This document shows positions 37,729-47,639 of a stretch of 55,403 nucleotides of DNA, piece by piece. The stretch comes from Nocardioidaceae bacterium. GTDB taxonomy: Bacteria > Actinomycetota > Actinomycetes > Propionibacteriales > Nocardioidaceae. A model generated the notes under the pieces. It did not search any database and was not told where the DNA came from. It saw nothing but the letters and a program-made list of their open reading frames with translations. Positions within the stretch are counted from its first letter, which is position 1, and each line of letters starts with the position of its first letter. Where the stretch lies: assembly GCA_025927595.1 (NCBI GenBank), contig JAICLD010000001.1:1-55403 (forward strand). The letters run 5' to 3'. Made by a program: the position numbers and the translations under genes.

Positions 37729-38751
37729 TTACTCCCATGAGATGCGTCGGGCTCGGGCCTGGACAGCGCTGATCGCTGCGACGTTCACGACATCGTGCAC
37801 CCCGCAGCCCCGGGAGAGGTCGTTCATCGGGGCGGCGAGCCCCTGCAGCAGCGGGCCGAACGCCTCGGCGCCGCCGAGACGCTCGACCAGCTTGTAGCCG
37901 ATGTTGCCGGAGGACAGGTCGGGGAAGACGAGGACGTTGGCTCGTCCGGCGACCGGCGACCCCGGGGCCTTCTGGTCGGCGACGGAGGCCACCAGGGCGG
38001 CGTCCGCCTGCAGCTCGCCGTCCACGGCGAGCGCGGGCGCACGTCGCCGGACCAGCTCCGTGGCCTCCCGGACCCGGTCGACCGAAGGGTGCTCGGCGCT
38101 GCCCAGCGTGCTGAACGACAGCATCGCCACCTGCGGCACCTCGCCGGTGAGCGCGGCGTAGGTGCGGGCGGTGGCGACCGCGATCTCGGCGAGCTGGGCG
38201 GGGTCGGGGGTGGGTACGACGGCGCAGTCCCCGAAGCCCAGCGAACGACCGTCCGCCGTGCGCAGCAGGAAGCTGCTCGACAGCAGTGACCCTCCGGGCT
38301 CGATCCCGATGACCCGAAGGGCGGCCCGGACCACCTCCCCGCTGCTGTGGGTGCTGCCCGCGACGGCGGCGTCCGCGGCGCCGGTGCGCACCAGCGCGGC
38401 GGCCAGCCACACCGGGTGGCACCGCCGGGCGTGCGCGACCTCCGAGGACCAGCCGGCGGCCTCGCCGATCTCCTCCAGGCACGCGCCGGCGGGTCCCTGG
38501 GCCAGCTCGTGGAGGGACAGCGTGTCAGCGGGTCCGGACCCCGACGGGGACGAGGACAGCAGCAACGGCCGCACCCCGTGGGCACCCAGCTCCGCGGCCG
38601 CCTCGCGGACCCGCGGGTCGTCGCCCTCCGCGAGCGCCACCCGAGTGCCGGCGAGGTCGCCGGACCTGAGCCGCGTCAGCCAGGGACCCGGGTCACGGGA
38701 CGGCGCCACCCCGGCGGCGGCGGCCGTCAGCCCCGTGGTGGTCTCGGTCAT
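37729..38751 (-). CDS. pta: Phosphate acetyltransferase
   Basis: [42 protein letters not shown]. Confidence 0.9.
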   Translation of the reverse strand: MTETTTGLTAAAAGVAPSRDPGPWLTRLRSGDLAGTRVALAEGDDPRVREAAAELGAHGVRPLLLSSSPSGSGPADTLSLHELAQGPAGACLEEIGEAAGWSSEVAHARRCHPVWLAAALVRTGAADAAVAGSTHSSGEVVRAALRVIGIEPGGSLLSSSFLLRTADGRSLGFGDCAVVPTPDPAQLAEIAVATARTYAALTGEVPQVAMLSFSTLGSAEHPSVDRVREATELVRRRAPALAVDGELQADAALVASVADQKAPGSPVAGRANVLVFPDLSSGNIGYKLVERLGGAEAFGPLLQGLAAPMNDLSRGCGVHDVVNVAAISAVQARARRISWE

Positions 38752-38760
38752 GGTGGTCGG

Positions 38761-39894
38761 TCAGGCTACCGCGCCGGGTGCGGCCAGGACCTGCGACACG
38801 GGCACGGGCTCCAGACCGTGCGCCGCCGCGACCGGCTCGTTGGTGACCCGGCCCGCGACCGTGTTGAGACCACCCGCGAGCACCGGGTCCTCCGCGAGTG
38901 CGCGGCGCCAGCCGCGGTCCGCCAGCGCCACCGCGTAGGGCAGCGTGACGTTCGTGAGCGCGTAGGTCGAGGTGTTCGGCACCGCGCCCGGCATGTTCGC
39001 CACGCAGTAGAAGACGCTGCCGTGCACCTGGTACGTCGGATCGGCGTGCGTCGTGGGCCGCGAGTCCTCGAAGCAGCCGCCCTGGTCGATCGCGATGTCG
39101 ACGAGCACGCTGCCCGGCTTCATCCTGGACACCAGCTCGTTGCTGACCAGTCGCGGTGCCAGCGCGCCCGGCACGAGGACGGCGCCGATCACGAGGTCCG
39201 CGGCCAGGACCGCCTGCTCGATCGAGTACGCGTTCGCCGCGAGCGTCTTGACCCGGCCGTTGTAGCGCCGGTCGATCGCCCGCAGCTTGTCGACGTTGGT
39301 GTCCAGCACGGTGATGTCGGCCCACGACCCGGTGGCCATGGCGATCGCGTTGCTGCCGGAGACCCCGGCGCCGAGCACGACGACGTCGGCCGGCGCGACG
39401 CCCGTGACGCCGCCCAGCAGCAGGCCACGGCCGCCCTGGGCCGCCATCAGCGCGTGCGCGCCGACCTGTGGTGCCAGGCAGCCGGCGACCTCGCTCATCG
39501 GGTAGAGCAGCGGAAGGGCGCCGTTGGGCAGCTGGACCGTCTCGTAGGCGATCGCGGTGGTGCCCGCGTCGAGCAGCGCCTGCGTGCAGGGGGCGGAGGC
39601 GGCCAGGTGCAGGTAGGTGAAGAGGGTGAGGTCCTCACGGAGCCGGTGGTACTCCTCGGCGACCGGCTCCTTCACCTTCAGCACGAGCTCGGCACCGGCC
39701 CAGACCTCGTCGGCGCTCTCCTCGATCTTCGCGCCCGCGGCGACGTACTCCTCGTCGCGGATCGAGGAGCCGATGCCGGCACCGGCCTGGACCACCACGT
39801 CGTGGCCGTGGCGCACGAGCTCGTGGACCCCGGCGGGCGTGATCGCCACCCGGTACTCGTGGTTCTTGACTTCGGTGGGGATGCCGACGTGCAT
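38761..39894 (-). CDS. ald: Alanine dehydrogenase
   Basis: [40 protein letters not shown]. Confidence 0.96.
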   Translation of the reverse strand: MHVGIPTEVKNHEYRVAITPAGVHELVRHGHDVVVQAGAGIGSSIRDEEYVAAGAKIEESADEVWAGAELVLKVKEPVAEEYHRLREDLTLFTYLHLAASAPCTQALLDAGTTAIAYETVQLPNGALPLLYPMSEVAGCLAPQVGAHALMAAQGGRGLLLGGVTGVAPADVVVLGAGVSGSNAIAMATGSWADITVLDTNVDKLRAIDRRYNGRVKTLAANAYSIEQAVLAADLVIGAVLVPGALAPRLVSNELVSRMKPGSVLVDIAIDQGGCFEDSRPTTHADPTYQVHGSVFYCVANMPGAVPNTSTYALTNVTLPYAVALADRGWRRALAEDPVLAGGLNTVAGRVTNEPVAAAHGLEPVPVSQVLAAPGAVA

Positions 39895-39957
39895 CGGGAC
39901 CTCTCTCCTTCGACGTGCTGCGTGGTGGCTGCCGGGTGCGGCGGGGTGCGGCGGGGC

Positions 39958-41328
39958 TCAGGCGCGGACGTGGGCGTCGACGGCGGACAGGACGGCGTCG
40001 ACCCCGTGCAGCAGGTCGTCGAGGACCTCGCGGTCGGCCACCAGGGGCGGCGAGAGCATCAGCAGGGTCGCGCCGCGGTCGTCGGGCCGGGTGATCAGGT
40101 TGACCTCGCGCATCGCCCGGGGCATCACCTCGCGGACCAGCTCGACGCCCTGCTCCTCGGTGAGGTCGCGGCCGGAGTCACGGTCTCCCGTGAGCTCGAT
40201 CGCGTAGAAGAACCCGGTGCCACGCCACTCCAGCACGCTGGGGTGGGCCTCGCGCAGCCGGTCCAGTCCCGCCTGGAAGTGCGGCTCGAGCGTGCGGACG
40301 TTGCCGAGGACGTCCTCGTCCCGCATGGCCGAGACGTTGGCGACCGCGACGGCGGTGGACACGGGGTGGCCGCCCCAGGTCGAGCCATGGGTGAACACGC
40401 CGGCCCGTGAGGAGGCCATCAGCCCCTGCGCGAGCGGCTCCCGGATCAGCACGCCGCCCAGCGGCGCGTAGCCGGACGTCGAGCCCTTGGCGAACGTGAT
40501 CAGGTCGGGCACGACGCCGTACTTGGCGCTGCCGAACCAGTCGCCGAGGCGGCCGAACGCGCAGATCACCTCGTCGGCGACCAGCAGGATCCCGTAGCGG
40601 TCGCAGATCGAGCGGAGCTCGGCCCAGTAGCCGTCGGGCGGGACCAGGGCGCCCCGGGAGTTCTGCACCGGCTCGGCGAAGACGGCCGCGAAGGTGTCCG
40701 GGCCCTCTCGCTCGATGACCTCGACCATCGCGCGCAGGCTCGGCAGGTCCGCGGCGGTGCCGCCCTCGGGTACCCGCTCCCCCAGCGTGTGCGGGACGTG
40801 GAAGACCCCGGGCATCAGCGGCCCGAACGGCGCCTTGAACTTCGGGATCCCGGTCACGGCCAGGGCCCCGAGCGTGGTGCCGTGGTAGGACATGTCGCGC
40901 GAGATGATCTTGGTGCGCTGCGGCTCGCCCTGGCTGAGGTGGTACTGCCGGGCGAACTTGATCGCGGACTCGACCGCCTCCGAGCCCGAGTTCACGAAGA
41001 AGACCGTGTCGAGGTCCCCGGGGGCCAGGCCGCTGATCAGCGTGGCGGCCTCGACAGAGGCGGGGTGGGCCGCGGACCAGTTCGTCCAGTAGGCCAGCTG
41101 CTCCATCTGCTTGGTGGCCGCGGCCGGGACGTCCGAGCGGCCGTGCCCCATGTTCACGCAGAACAGCCCGGCGAGCCCGTCGAGGAACCGGGTGCCCCGG
41201 TCGTCGTACAGGTAGCACCCCTCGCCGCGCACGATCACGGGGAGCTCGTCGGCGCTCCACACCGCCCCGCGGGTGAAGTGCGGGAACAGGTGCTCCCGCG
41301 CACGGGCCCTCACGTCTGACTGGTTCAT
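39958..41328 (-). CDS. tpa: Class III aminotransferase, probable taurine:pyruvate aminotransferase
   Basis: GEGCY, SGSEAVE, YHGTT, ADEVICAFGR, FAKG; first gene of the ald-pta-tauCAB operon (substrate by context). Confidence 0.8.
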   Translation of the reverse strand: MNQSDVRARAREHLFPHFTRGAVWSADELPVIVRGEGCYLYDDRGTRFLDGLAGLFCVNMGHGRSDVPAAATKQMEQLAYWTNWSAAHPASVEAATLISGLAPGDLDTVFFVNSGSEAVESAIKFARQYHLSQGEPQRTKIISRDMSYHGTTLGALAVTGIPKFKAPFGPLMPGVFHVPHTLGERVPEGGTAADLPSLRAMVEVIEREGPDTFAAVFAEPVQNSRGALVPPDGYWAELRSICDRYGILLVADEVICAFGRLGDWFGSAKYGVVPDLITFAKGSTSGYAPLGGVLIREPLAQGLMASSRAGVFTHGSTWGGHPVSTAVAVANVSAMRDEDVLGNVRTLEPHFQAGLDRLREAHPSVLEWRGTGFFYAIELTGDRDSGRDLTEEQGVELVREVMPRAMREVNLITRPDDRGATLLMLSPPLVADREVLDDLLHGVDAVLSAVDAHVRA

Positions 41329-41364
41329 CGCCGACCTCCTTCGCTCGACGTCCCGGGGGACGTG

Positions 41365-41430
41365 GGTCCACTGTGGGGGACAGGACTGGTCTGATGAAGG
41401 TCCAGATCGGAACGAGATTAGTGGTACCAG
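41365..41430. promoter_or_regulatory. Candidate TauR (MocR) binding repeats upstream of tpa
   Basis: Minus-strand CTGGTAC (41424-41430), CTGGAC (41400-41405), TGGACC (41365-41370) and inverted CTGGTC (41386-41391). Confidence 0.5.
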
Positions 41431-41440
41431 AGCCGGAGCG

Positions 41441-42928
41441 TCACCCGAGCTGCCGGCGGACCAGACCGGCGAGGATCCGCACCCCGGGCACGATGGCCTC
41501 CGGGGTGATCGCGGCGAACCCGAGCCGCAGGTTCTCGCGGTGCCGCTCCGGGTCGGTGAAGTAGATGTCGCCGCGCTCCACCACGACCCCCTGACGCAGG
41601 GCGGCGGCGGCCAGCTCGACGCAGTCGAGCCCCGGTGGACCGGGCAGCCAGATGCTGACGCCGCCGGGTGGAGCCTCCACCTGCCAGGGGAGCTCGGCCT
41701 GGAGCGCGTCGCGCAGCGTGGCCCACCGCTGCGCGAGCTGGGTACGTCGTCGGCGGACCGTGCGGTGGTACTGGCCGTTCGCGATCAGCAGCGCCATGGC
41801 CCGCTGCGTGTGCCCGGAGGCGTGCCGGATCCGGTAGCGGCGCAGCCGGCGCAGCTCCTCGACGAGCTCCGGCGCGGCGACCAGGTAGCCGAGCCGCAGC
41901 CCCGGGGCCAGGAACTTCGAGAACGTCCCGAGGTAGACGACGCGCTCGCTGTCCGGCAGGGCCTTGAGGGCGGGCGTGGGGCTGCCGTGGTAGCGGAACT
42001 CGCTGTCGTAGTCGTCCTCGACCAGCAGCAGGTCGTGGGTGGCGGCCAGGGCCAGCAGCCGGCGCCGGCGGGCGATCGACAACGTCACGTTGGTGGGGCT
42101 GTGATGGCTCGGGGTCAGGTGCACCAGGGACAGCCCGGCGGGGTCCTCCGGCGGCACCATCCCAGCACCGTCGACCTCGATCGGCCGCAGCGTGGCGCCC
42201 GCGCGCAGGAAGATCCGGCGCGCGTCGAGGTAGCCGGGCTCCTCCACGCCGACCACGGAGCCGGGTCGCACCAGCGCGTGCGCCAGCAGGTCCAGGCCCT
42301 GCTGGGCGCCCAGCGTCACCAGGACCTGGGCGGGGTCGGCCTCGATCCCGCGGGCCGGCAGCACGTGCCGGCAGAGCTCCTCGACCAGCATCGGGTCGTC
42401 CTCGTCCACGCCGTCGCGCAGGCTGTCGTGGAGGTGGGCCGGCTCGAGCGCCTCCCGCAGCGCCCGCAGCCAGGGCAGCCGGGGGAACGAGGAGACGTCG
42501 ACCTGGCCGGCCACGAAGGGGAAGGGGTAGGACTGCCAGTCGCGCACCTTGGCGATCTCCGGCAGGCCGGCGTCGGGCAGCGCCTGAAGATGCCGCGACC
42601 AGTCCACCGGCTCGGCCACGGCGGCCGCGGGCAGGCCGCGCCGCAGCTCGCGGAGCATGTCCCGGTTGACGAACAGCCCGCTTCGCGGTCGCGCCTCCAC
42701 GAACCCCTCGGACTCGAGCTCGAGGTAGGCGGTGTTGACGGTGTTGCGCGAGACGCCGAGCTCGCGGGCGAGCTCCCGCGAGGACGGCAGCGGACGCATC
42801 GGGTCCAGCGCTCCGGCGGCGATCTCGTGCTCGAGGGCCTCCCGCAGCTGGCGGTAGAGCGGCTTGTCGGTGCCGCGCTCGATCGAGAGCCGGGTGCGCG
42901 CCACCGGCGCAGGGTAGCGAGCGCTCAC
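41441..42928 (-). CDS. tauR: MocR/GabR-family PLP-dependent regulator (TauR-like)
   Basis: GntR HTH LPSSRELARELGVSRNTV, GAQQGL, TPSHHSPT, EDDYDSEF, GTFSK; directly upstream of tpa. Confidence 0.82.
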   Translation of the reverse strand: MSARYPAPVARTRLSIERGTDKPLYRQLREALEHEIAAGALDPMRPLPSSRELARELGVSRNTVNTAYLELESEGFVEARPRSGLFVNRDMLRELRRGLPAAAVAEPVDWSRHLQALPDAGLPEIAKVRDWQSYPFPFVAGQVDVSSFPRLPWLRALREALEPAHLHDSLRDGVDEDDPMLVEELCRHVLPARGIEADPAQVLVTLGAQQGLDLLAHALVRPGSVVGVEEPGYLDARRIFLRAGATLRPIEVDGAGMVPPEDPAGLSLVHLTPSHHSPTNVTLSIARRRRLLALAATHDLLLVEDDYDSEFRYHGSPTPALKALPDSERVVYLGTFSKFLAPGLRLGYLVAAPELVEELRRLRRYRIRHASGHTQRAMALLIANGQYHRTVRRRRTQLAQRWATLRDALQAELPWQVEAPPGGVSIWLPGPPGLDCVELAAAALRQGVVVERGDIYFTDPERHRENLRLGFAAITPEAIVPGVRILAGLVRRQLG

Positions 42929-43239
42929 GGCGCGGTCAGCAGGGCGGCCAGCTCGGTCACCGCGATCGCCACGGTGACCAGCGTCAGGGCGGCCGGCGCG
43001 CGTCCGCCCCGCGGTCGGTCCCGGGCCTTGATGTCGGCGTCGTGGCGGTAGCGCCCCCGGCTCTCGAGGAACACCCATCCGGCGGCGGGCAGCGCGACGA
43101 CCACGCACAGCAGCGCCAGCGGCCCCAGCCGGTCGACGGTCAGCCGGGACACCGCTGCGGACCCGGCCAGCAGCGACAGGGCGGTCCGCTGCCAGGCCAG
43201 GGCGGTCCGCTCGTTCTGGGCGCCCTCCGGCTCGGGCAC
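42925..43239 (-). CDS. DUF202 (YidG-like) small membrane protein
   Basis: QNERTALAWQRT, three TM segments. Confidence 0.85.
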   Translation of the reverse strand: MPEPEGAQNERTALAWQRTALSLLAGSAAVSRLTVDRLGPLALLCVVVALPAAGWVFLESRGRYRHDADIKARDRPRGGRAPAALTLVTVAIAVTELAALLTAP

Positions 43240-43243
43240 GGCG

Positions 43244-43603
43244 CTAGAACCCCACCACGAGGATCGCGAGGGCCGCGACCACCACCGCTGCTGTCAGCAG
43301 CGCGCTCAACGTCGAGGACGGCAGCGGCTCGGAGTGCCGCATCGCCCGCTCCGCGCGTGCCCAGCGCAGCCAGGACAGCACCGCGCACACCAGTCCCAGC
43401 GCCACCAGCAGTGCGGCGAGCCCCTCCTGCAGCGCGCCGGGGATCGACAGGTCGATGGCGTCCAGCGCCACGCCCCCGGCCAGCAGGGCCAGCGCGGTCC
43501 TGATCCAGGCCAGGAAGGTGCGCTCGTTGGCGAAGCTGAACCGGTAGTCCGGCTCGGCGCCCGAGCCGTAGACCCAGCCGGGCCAGCGCCTGCCGCCGCT
43601 CAC
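43244..43603 (-). CDS. DUF202 (YidH-like) small membrane protein
   Basis: EPDYRFSFANERTFLAWIRT, three TM segments. Confidence 0.9.
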   Translation of the reverse strand: MSGGRRWPGWVYGSGAEPDYRFSFANERTFLAWIRTALALLAGGVALDAIDLSIPGALQEGLAALLVALGLVCAVLSWLRWARAERAMRHSEPLPSSTLSALLTAAVVVAALAILVVGF

Positions 43604-43608
43604 CCCGC

Positions 43609-44706
43609 TCAGCCCACGAACAGCGGCAGGGACCGGCCCACGAGGCTGCGGCGTACGACGGGCAGGGCGGCGGCGACCCCGGCGAGGGCCCGTGCCGCGG
43701 GCGCGTCCGGCTCGGACAGCAGCAGCGGGACCCCGTCGTCCCCCGCGCGGCACAGGGCCTCGTCCAGCGGCACCCGGCCCAGGACCGGCGCACCCAGCGT
43801 CTCCGCGAGCCGGTCGCCGCCGCCGGACCCGAACCCGCCGCCGGTCATGTTCTCGACCACGCCGGCGACCGGCATCCGGGCGTCCAGGGCCATCCGCCCG
43901 ACCCGGGCCGCCACCTGCTCCGCGGCCCGCTGGGGGGTCGTGACGACCAGCATCGCCGCATCCGGCAACAGCTCGAGGACGGTGAGCGGGACGTCACCGG
44001 TGCCGGGGGGCAGGTCCACCAGCAGCACGTCGAGCTCGCCCCAGCAGACGTCGTCGAGGAACTGCTCGAGGGCCTTCTGCAGCATGGGCCCGCGCCACAC
44101 CACCGGCTGCTCCTCGTCGACGAAGAAGCCGATCGACATCAGCCGGACCCCGTGGGTCTGCACCGGCAGCATCACGCCCTTGACCGCGACCGGCTGCTCG
44201 CGGACCCCGAACAGCTGCGGGACCGAGTAGCCCCACACGTCGGCGTCCAGGACGCCGACCCGCTGCCCCGAGCGGGCCAGCGCCACGGCGAGGTTCGCGG
44301 TGACCGAGGACTTGCCGACACCACCCTTGCCGGAGGCGACGGCGTAGACCCGTGCGGAGGAGCCGAGCGCGCCGGGACGCCGGTTGCCGGCCCGCAGCCG
44401 GCCGGCCAGCGAGGCCCTCCCGGTCTCCTCGAGCGTCGAGGTCCGCACCTCGACGTCACGGACCCCGTCGACGCCGAGGGCGGCGAGCTCCACGAGGCCG
44501 CGGAGCGGGTCCGCGGGCGACGCCTCGCGGACCAGGGTCCGGACCGTGACCGCGACCCGGCCGCCGCGGGCGGTGACGTCGCCGACGAGGCCCAGCTCGC
44601 CGAGCGGACGGTCGAGCGCCGGATGCACGACCCCGGCCACGGCGGCACGGACGGCGTCCCCCAGGCCGCTGCGCGACGCCCGGGCGAGCGGCAGGGTCCG
44701 GCTCAC
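43609..44706 (-). CDS. Mrp/NBP35 Fe-S cluster carrier ATPase
   Basis: N-terminal DUF59-like segment, SGKGGVGKS, DADVWGYS, WRGPM, DLPPGTGD, VVENM. Confidence 0.9.
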   Translation of the reverse strand: MSRTLPLARASRSGLGDAVRAAVAGVVHPALDRPLGELGLVGDVTARGGRVAVTVRTLVREASPADPLRGLVELAALGVDGVRDVEVRTSTLEETGRASLAGRLRAGNRRPGALGSSARVYAVASGKGGVGKSSVTANLAVALARSGQRVGVLDADVWGYSVPQLFGVREQPVAVKGVMLPVQTHGVRLMSIGFFVDEEQPVVWRGPMLQKALEQFLDDVCWGELDVLLVDLPPGTGDVPLTVLELLPDAAMLVVTTPQRAAEQVAARVGRMALDARMPVAGVVENMTGGGFGSGGGDRLAETLGAPVLGRVPLDEALCRAGDDGVPLLLSEPDAPAARALAGVAAALPVVRRSLVGRSLPLFVG

Positions 44707-47576
44707 GGCGCCACCTTGAAGGCCTTGCGCTTGGGCTTCACCGGACGCATCAGGAACTCCGGGCGGCGGCGGCCGTCGGCGCTCGGGCCGGGACGGGTCC
44801 GGGCCAGCCACTCGTGGAACGCCTCGCGGGACTTGCGGATGTCGACCTCGATGTCGCCGTAGCGGTCGCCGGGCAGCGCCTTGGCCAGCCGGACCCGCTG
44901 CAGCCAGCAGTGCATCCCCGACCACGGGTCCGGCTGGACCGGGAAGGTGAGGTTCTGGTGCACGCCGGGATCCTCCCAGTAGATCCGCGAGCTGTCGGGG
45001 TCGGCGCTGTCGAACGGTGCCACCCCCTGCGCGTAGCGCATCCGGTAGATGCCGTCCTCGCTGCGGTCGAGGTCCACCCGTCCCGTGGCCCACCGGCTGC
45101 CGTCGCCCTCGTGCAGCCGCCACCGGCCCATGTGGTGGCTCATCGCGATCACCCCGGGGCGGATGCCCTGGTGCGCCCAGATCCGGGCCACGAAGTAGCC
45201 GATCCGGGTGGTCACCCGCACGAGGTCGTCGGTGGCGAGCCCGAGCCGCTCAGCGTCGTCGGCGTTGACCCAGATCGGGTGGGTGTTGCTGATCTCGTTG
45301 AGGTACTTCGCGTTAGCCGACCGGGTGTGGATCAGGGTGGGCAGCCGGAAGGTCGGGACCAGCACCATCTCGCCGGCCTCGGTGTCCATGGTGCGGTGCG
45401 AGACGTGGGACTCGATGTAGCCGGGGGTGGCGTGCTCCGGCCAGCCGAAGTCCGCCATCGACTGCGAGTACAGCTCGAGCCTGCGGCTCGGGGTCAGCCA
45501 GCCGGCCACCGCGGAGCCGTCGTCGAGCCGGACCCCGACGGCGCCCGCCTCCCCGACCAGGGGCGGGGTCGACTCGTCGGTCGTCGGCTTGCGGAGCACG
45601 CCGAGCTCGTCCGGCTCGGTGTCGGCGAGCTCGGCCTCGGTGAGCGGCCGCTCGTCCTGACGGTAGACGTCGCGGGCGATCTCCACGACGCCGTACTTGC
45701 GCATGTACTCCAGTGGCTCCATCCCCTGCGCGGCCGCCTTCTCCGGCAGGCCGGGGACCCGGTTCTCGAAGACCCATCGGTAGTACTCCTCGACGGTGAC
45801 CTTCTCCCCCGGCCGGTACGGCGACTCGAAGTACCGGCGGATCCCCAGCGAGCCGTCCGGGTCGATGCGCCAGGACAGCTCGAACCAGAACTCGTTCTCC
45901 TCCCACACCGAGCCCGGGTTCGCGTCGCGGGTGTCTCCGACGGGCATCCCGAGCTTGTCCATGGCGACCCGCCGGACGGGCTGCCGGAAGCCCAGCCAGC
46001 GGGCCGCGTGGGTCTCGTATGACTGGGTGTCGTGCCGCTCGGTGGAGTGCCCCATGGGAAGCACGTAGTCCGCGAAGGTGGCGGTCTCCGACCAGGTGGG
46101 GGTCAGCGCAACGTGCAGGCCGACCTTGTCACGGTCGGTGAGCGCCTCGACCCAGGTGAACCCGTCGGGGTTCGTCCACACCGGGTTGTAGACGCGGGAG
46201 AAGTAGACGTCCAGCCTGCCGCGGCCGTCGTTGAGCAGGTGCGGCAGCAGGATCGACATCTCGTTCGTGGACAGCGGGTACTCCGGGGGCCACAGCAGCT
46301 CGTTCCAGCTCTCGTGCCCCTCGGGCACGTCGAAGCCGTGCGCGATGAACTTGTCCCAGCCGTTGGGGCTGGTGCCGCCGGGGGTGCCGACGCTGCCGGT
46401 GAGCACGTTGAGGAAGAACAGCGACCGGGCGACCTGCCAGCCGCCGAGGTTGCCCGCCGCCGCGGACCGCCAGATGTGCGCGGACAGCGCCGACCCTGCC
46501 GTCGCGACGGTCTCGGCGAGCTCCCGCAGCTTCTCGACCGGGACCCGGGCCTCCTCGGCGGCGTACTCGAAGGTGAAGCCCGCGTAGTCCTCGGTCAGCA
46601 GGGCCAGGAAGGTGTCGAAGTCGCGCTCGGCGCCGGGGTGCAGCCGCTCCAGGTACGTCGACCAGTTGACCCAGCGACGCAGGTAGTCCCGGTCCACCTG
46701 ACCGGTCCGGAGCAGGTGCGCCGCCACGGCGAGCAGGATCGCCGCCTCGCTCCCGGGCCACGGGGCGATCCACAGGTCGGCGTGCGAGGCGGTGTTGGAC
46801 ATCCGCGGGTCCAGCACGACGAGCTTGGCGTTGCCCTCGTTCTTGGCCTCCATGATCCGCTGCGCGTGCGGGTTGAAGTAGTGCCCCGACTCCAGGTGGG
46901 AGGACAGCAGCAGCACGACCTTCGCGTTCGCGTAGTCCGGCGAGGGACGGTCGTAGCCGCCCCACAGGGTGTAGCCGAGGCGGGCTCCCGCGGAGCAGAT
47001 GTTCGTGTGGCTGTTGTGGCCGTCGACGCCCCAGGCCAGCAGGAACCGCTCGGCGAAGCCGTCCTCGCCGGGGCGGCCGACGTGGTAGACCACCTCGTCG
47101 CGGCGGTCCTCGACGATCGCCCTGCGGATCCGGCCGGCGATCTCGTCGAGCGCGTCGTCCCAGGTGCACTCCTCCCACTGGCCCGACCCGCGCTCACCGG
47201 TGCGGCGTAGCGGGTGCAGGATCCGCTCGGGGTCGTTGAGCTGGTTGATCGTGGCCGGGCCCTTCGCGCAGTTGCGGCCGCGCGAGCCCGGATGGGCCGG
47301 GTTGCCCTCCACCTTCGTGATGCTCAGGTCGTCCTTGGCGACGTAGGCGAGCAGCCCGCACGCCGACTCGCAGTTGAAGCACGTGGTGGGGATCAGCATG
47401 AACTCGCGGGGGACCTTGCGGGGGTGTGCCTTCGCGTCGTACGCGACGTGGTGGTCCCAGGTCTCGGGGGGAGGGAAGTTCGCGAGGTTCTCGTGCCGCC
47501 GGGCGCCCGGCAGCACCGGCGGGGCCGGGAGCCCGCCGGCGGCCGGGGTGGTGCGGGGCTCTTCGGTGGTGGTCAC
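44703..47576 (-). CDS. Mo-bis-PGD oxidoreductase catalytic subunit (Psr/Phs/Soe-like, Cys ligand, no Tat signal)
   Basis: CFNCESAC...CAKG FS0 motif, RILHPLRR, HTNICS, DPRMSNTA, SETATFADYVLP, C-terminal dinucleotide-binding domain. Confidence 0.88.
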   Translation of the reverse strand: MTTTEEPRTTPAAGGLPAPPVLPGARRHENLANFPPPETWDHHVAYDAKAHPRKVPREFMLIPTTCFNCESACGLLAYVAKDDLSITKVEGNPAHPGSRGRNCAKGPATINQLNDPERILHPLRRTGERGSGQWEECTWDDALDEIAGRIRRAIVEDRRDEVVYHVGRPGEDGFAERFLLAWGVDGHNSHTNICSAGARLGYTLWGGYDRPSPDYANAKVVLLLSSHLESGHYFNPHAQRIMEAKNEGNAKLVVLDPRMSNTASHADLWIAPWPGSEAAILLAVAAHLLRTGQVDRDYLRRWVNWSTYLERLHPGAERDFDTFLALLTEDYAGFTFEYAAEEARVPVEKLRELAETVATAGSALSAHIWRSAAAGNLGGWQVARSLFFLNVLTGSVGTPGGTSPNGWDKFIAHGFDVPEGHESWNELLWPPEYPLSTNEMSILLPHLLNDGRGRLDVYFSRVYNPVWTNPDGFTWVEALTDRDKVGLHVALTPTWSETATFADYVLPMGHSTERHDTQSYETHAARWLGFRQPVRRVAMDKLGMPVGDTRDANPGSVWEENEFWFELSWRIDPDGSLGIRRYFESPYRPGEKVTVEEYYRWVFENRVPGLPEKAAAQGMEPLEYMRKYGVVEIARDVYRQDERPLTEAELADTEPDELGVLRKPTTDESTPPLVGEAGAVGVRLDDGSAVAGWLTPSRRLELYSQSMADFGWPEHATPGYIESHVSHRTMDTEAGEMVLVPTFRLPTLIHTRSANAKYLNEISNTHPIWVNADDAERLGLATDDLVRVTTRIGYFVARIWAHQGIRPGVIAMSHHMGRWRLHEGDGSRWATGRVDLDRSEDGIYRMRYAQGVAPFDSADPDSSRIYWEDPGVHQNLTFPVQPDPWSGMHCWLQRVRLAKALPGDRYGDIEVDIRKSREAFHEWLARTRPGPSADGRRRPEFLMRPVKPKRKAFKVAP

Positions 47577-47591
47577 TCCGGCTCCCTCGAG

Positions 47592-47639
47592 GTCAGGACG
47601 CGTCAGGACGGGTCAGGCGGTGCGGGTGGTGTCAGGACA
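47592..47639. repeat. Short direct repeats GTCAGG(AC), 10-bp period
   Basis: Copies start at 47592, 47602, 47612 and 47631 (the last contains the upstream stop codon). Confidence 0.6.

Noticed and set aside
47490-47576. Tat signal in the Mo subunit (GARRHE)
   Set aside because: No S/T-R-R-x-F-L consensus and no following hydrophobic region
44703-47576. Formate dehydrogenase or nitrate reductase
   Set aside because: No in-frame TGA, no Cys/Sec-His ligand pair typical of FDH, no fdhD or nar accessory genes; the partner is NrfD-type
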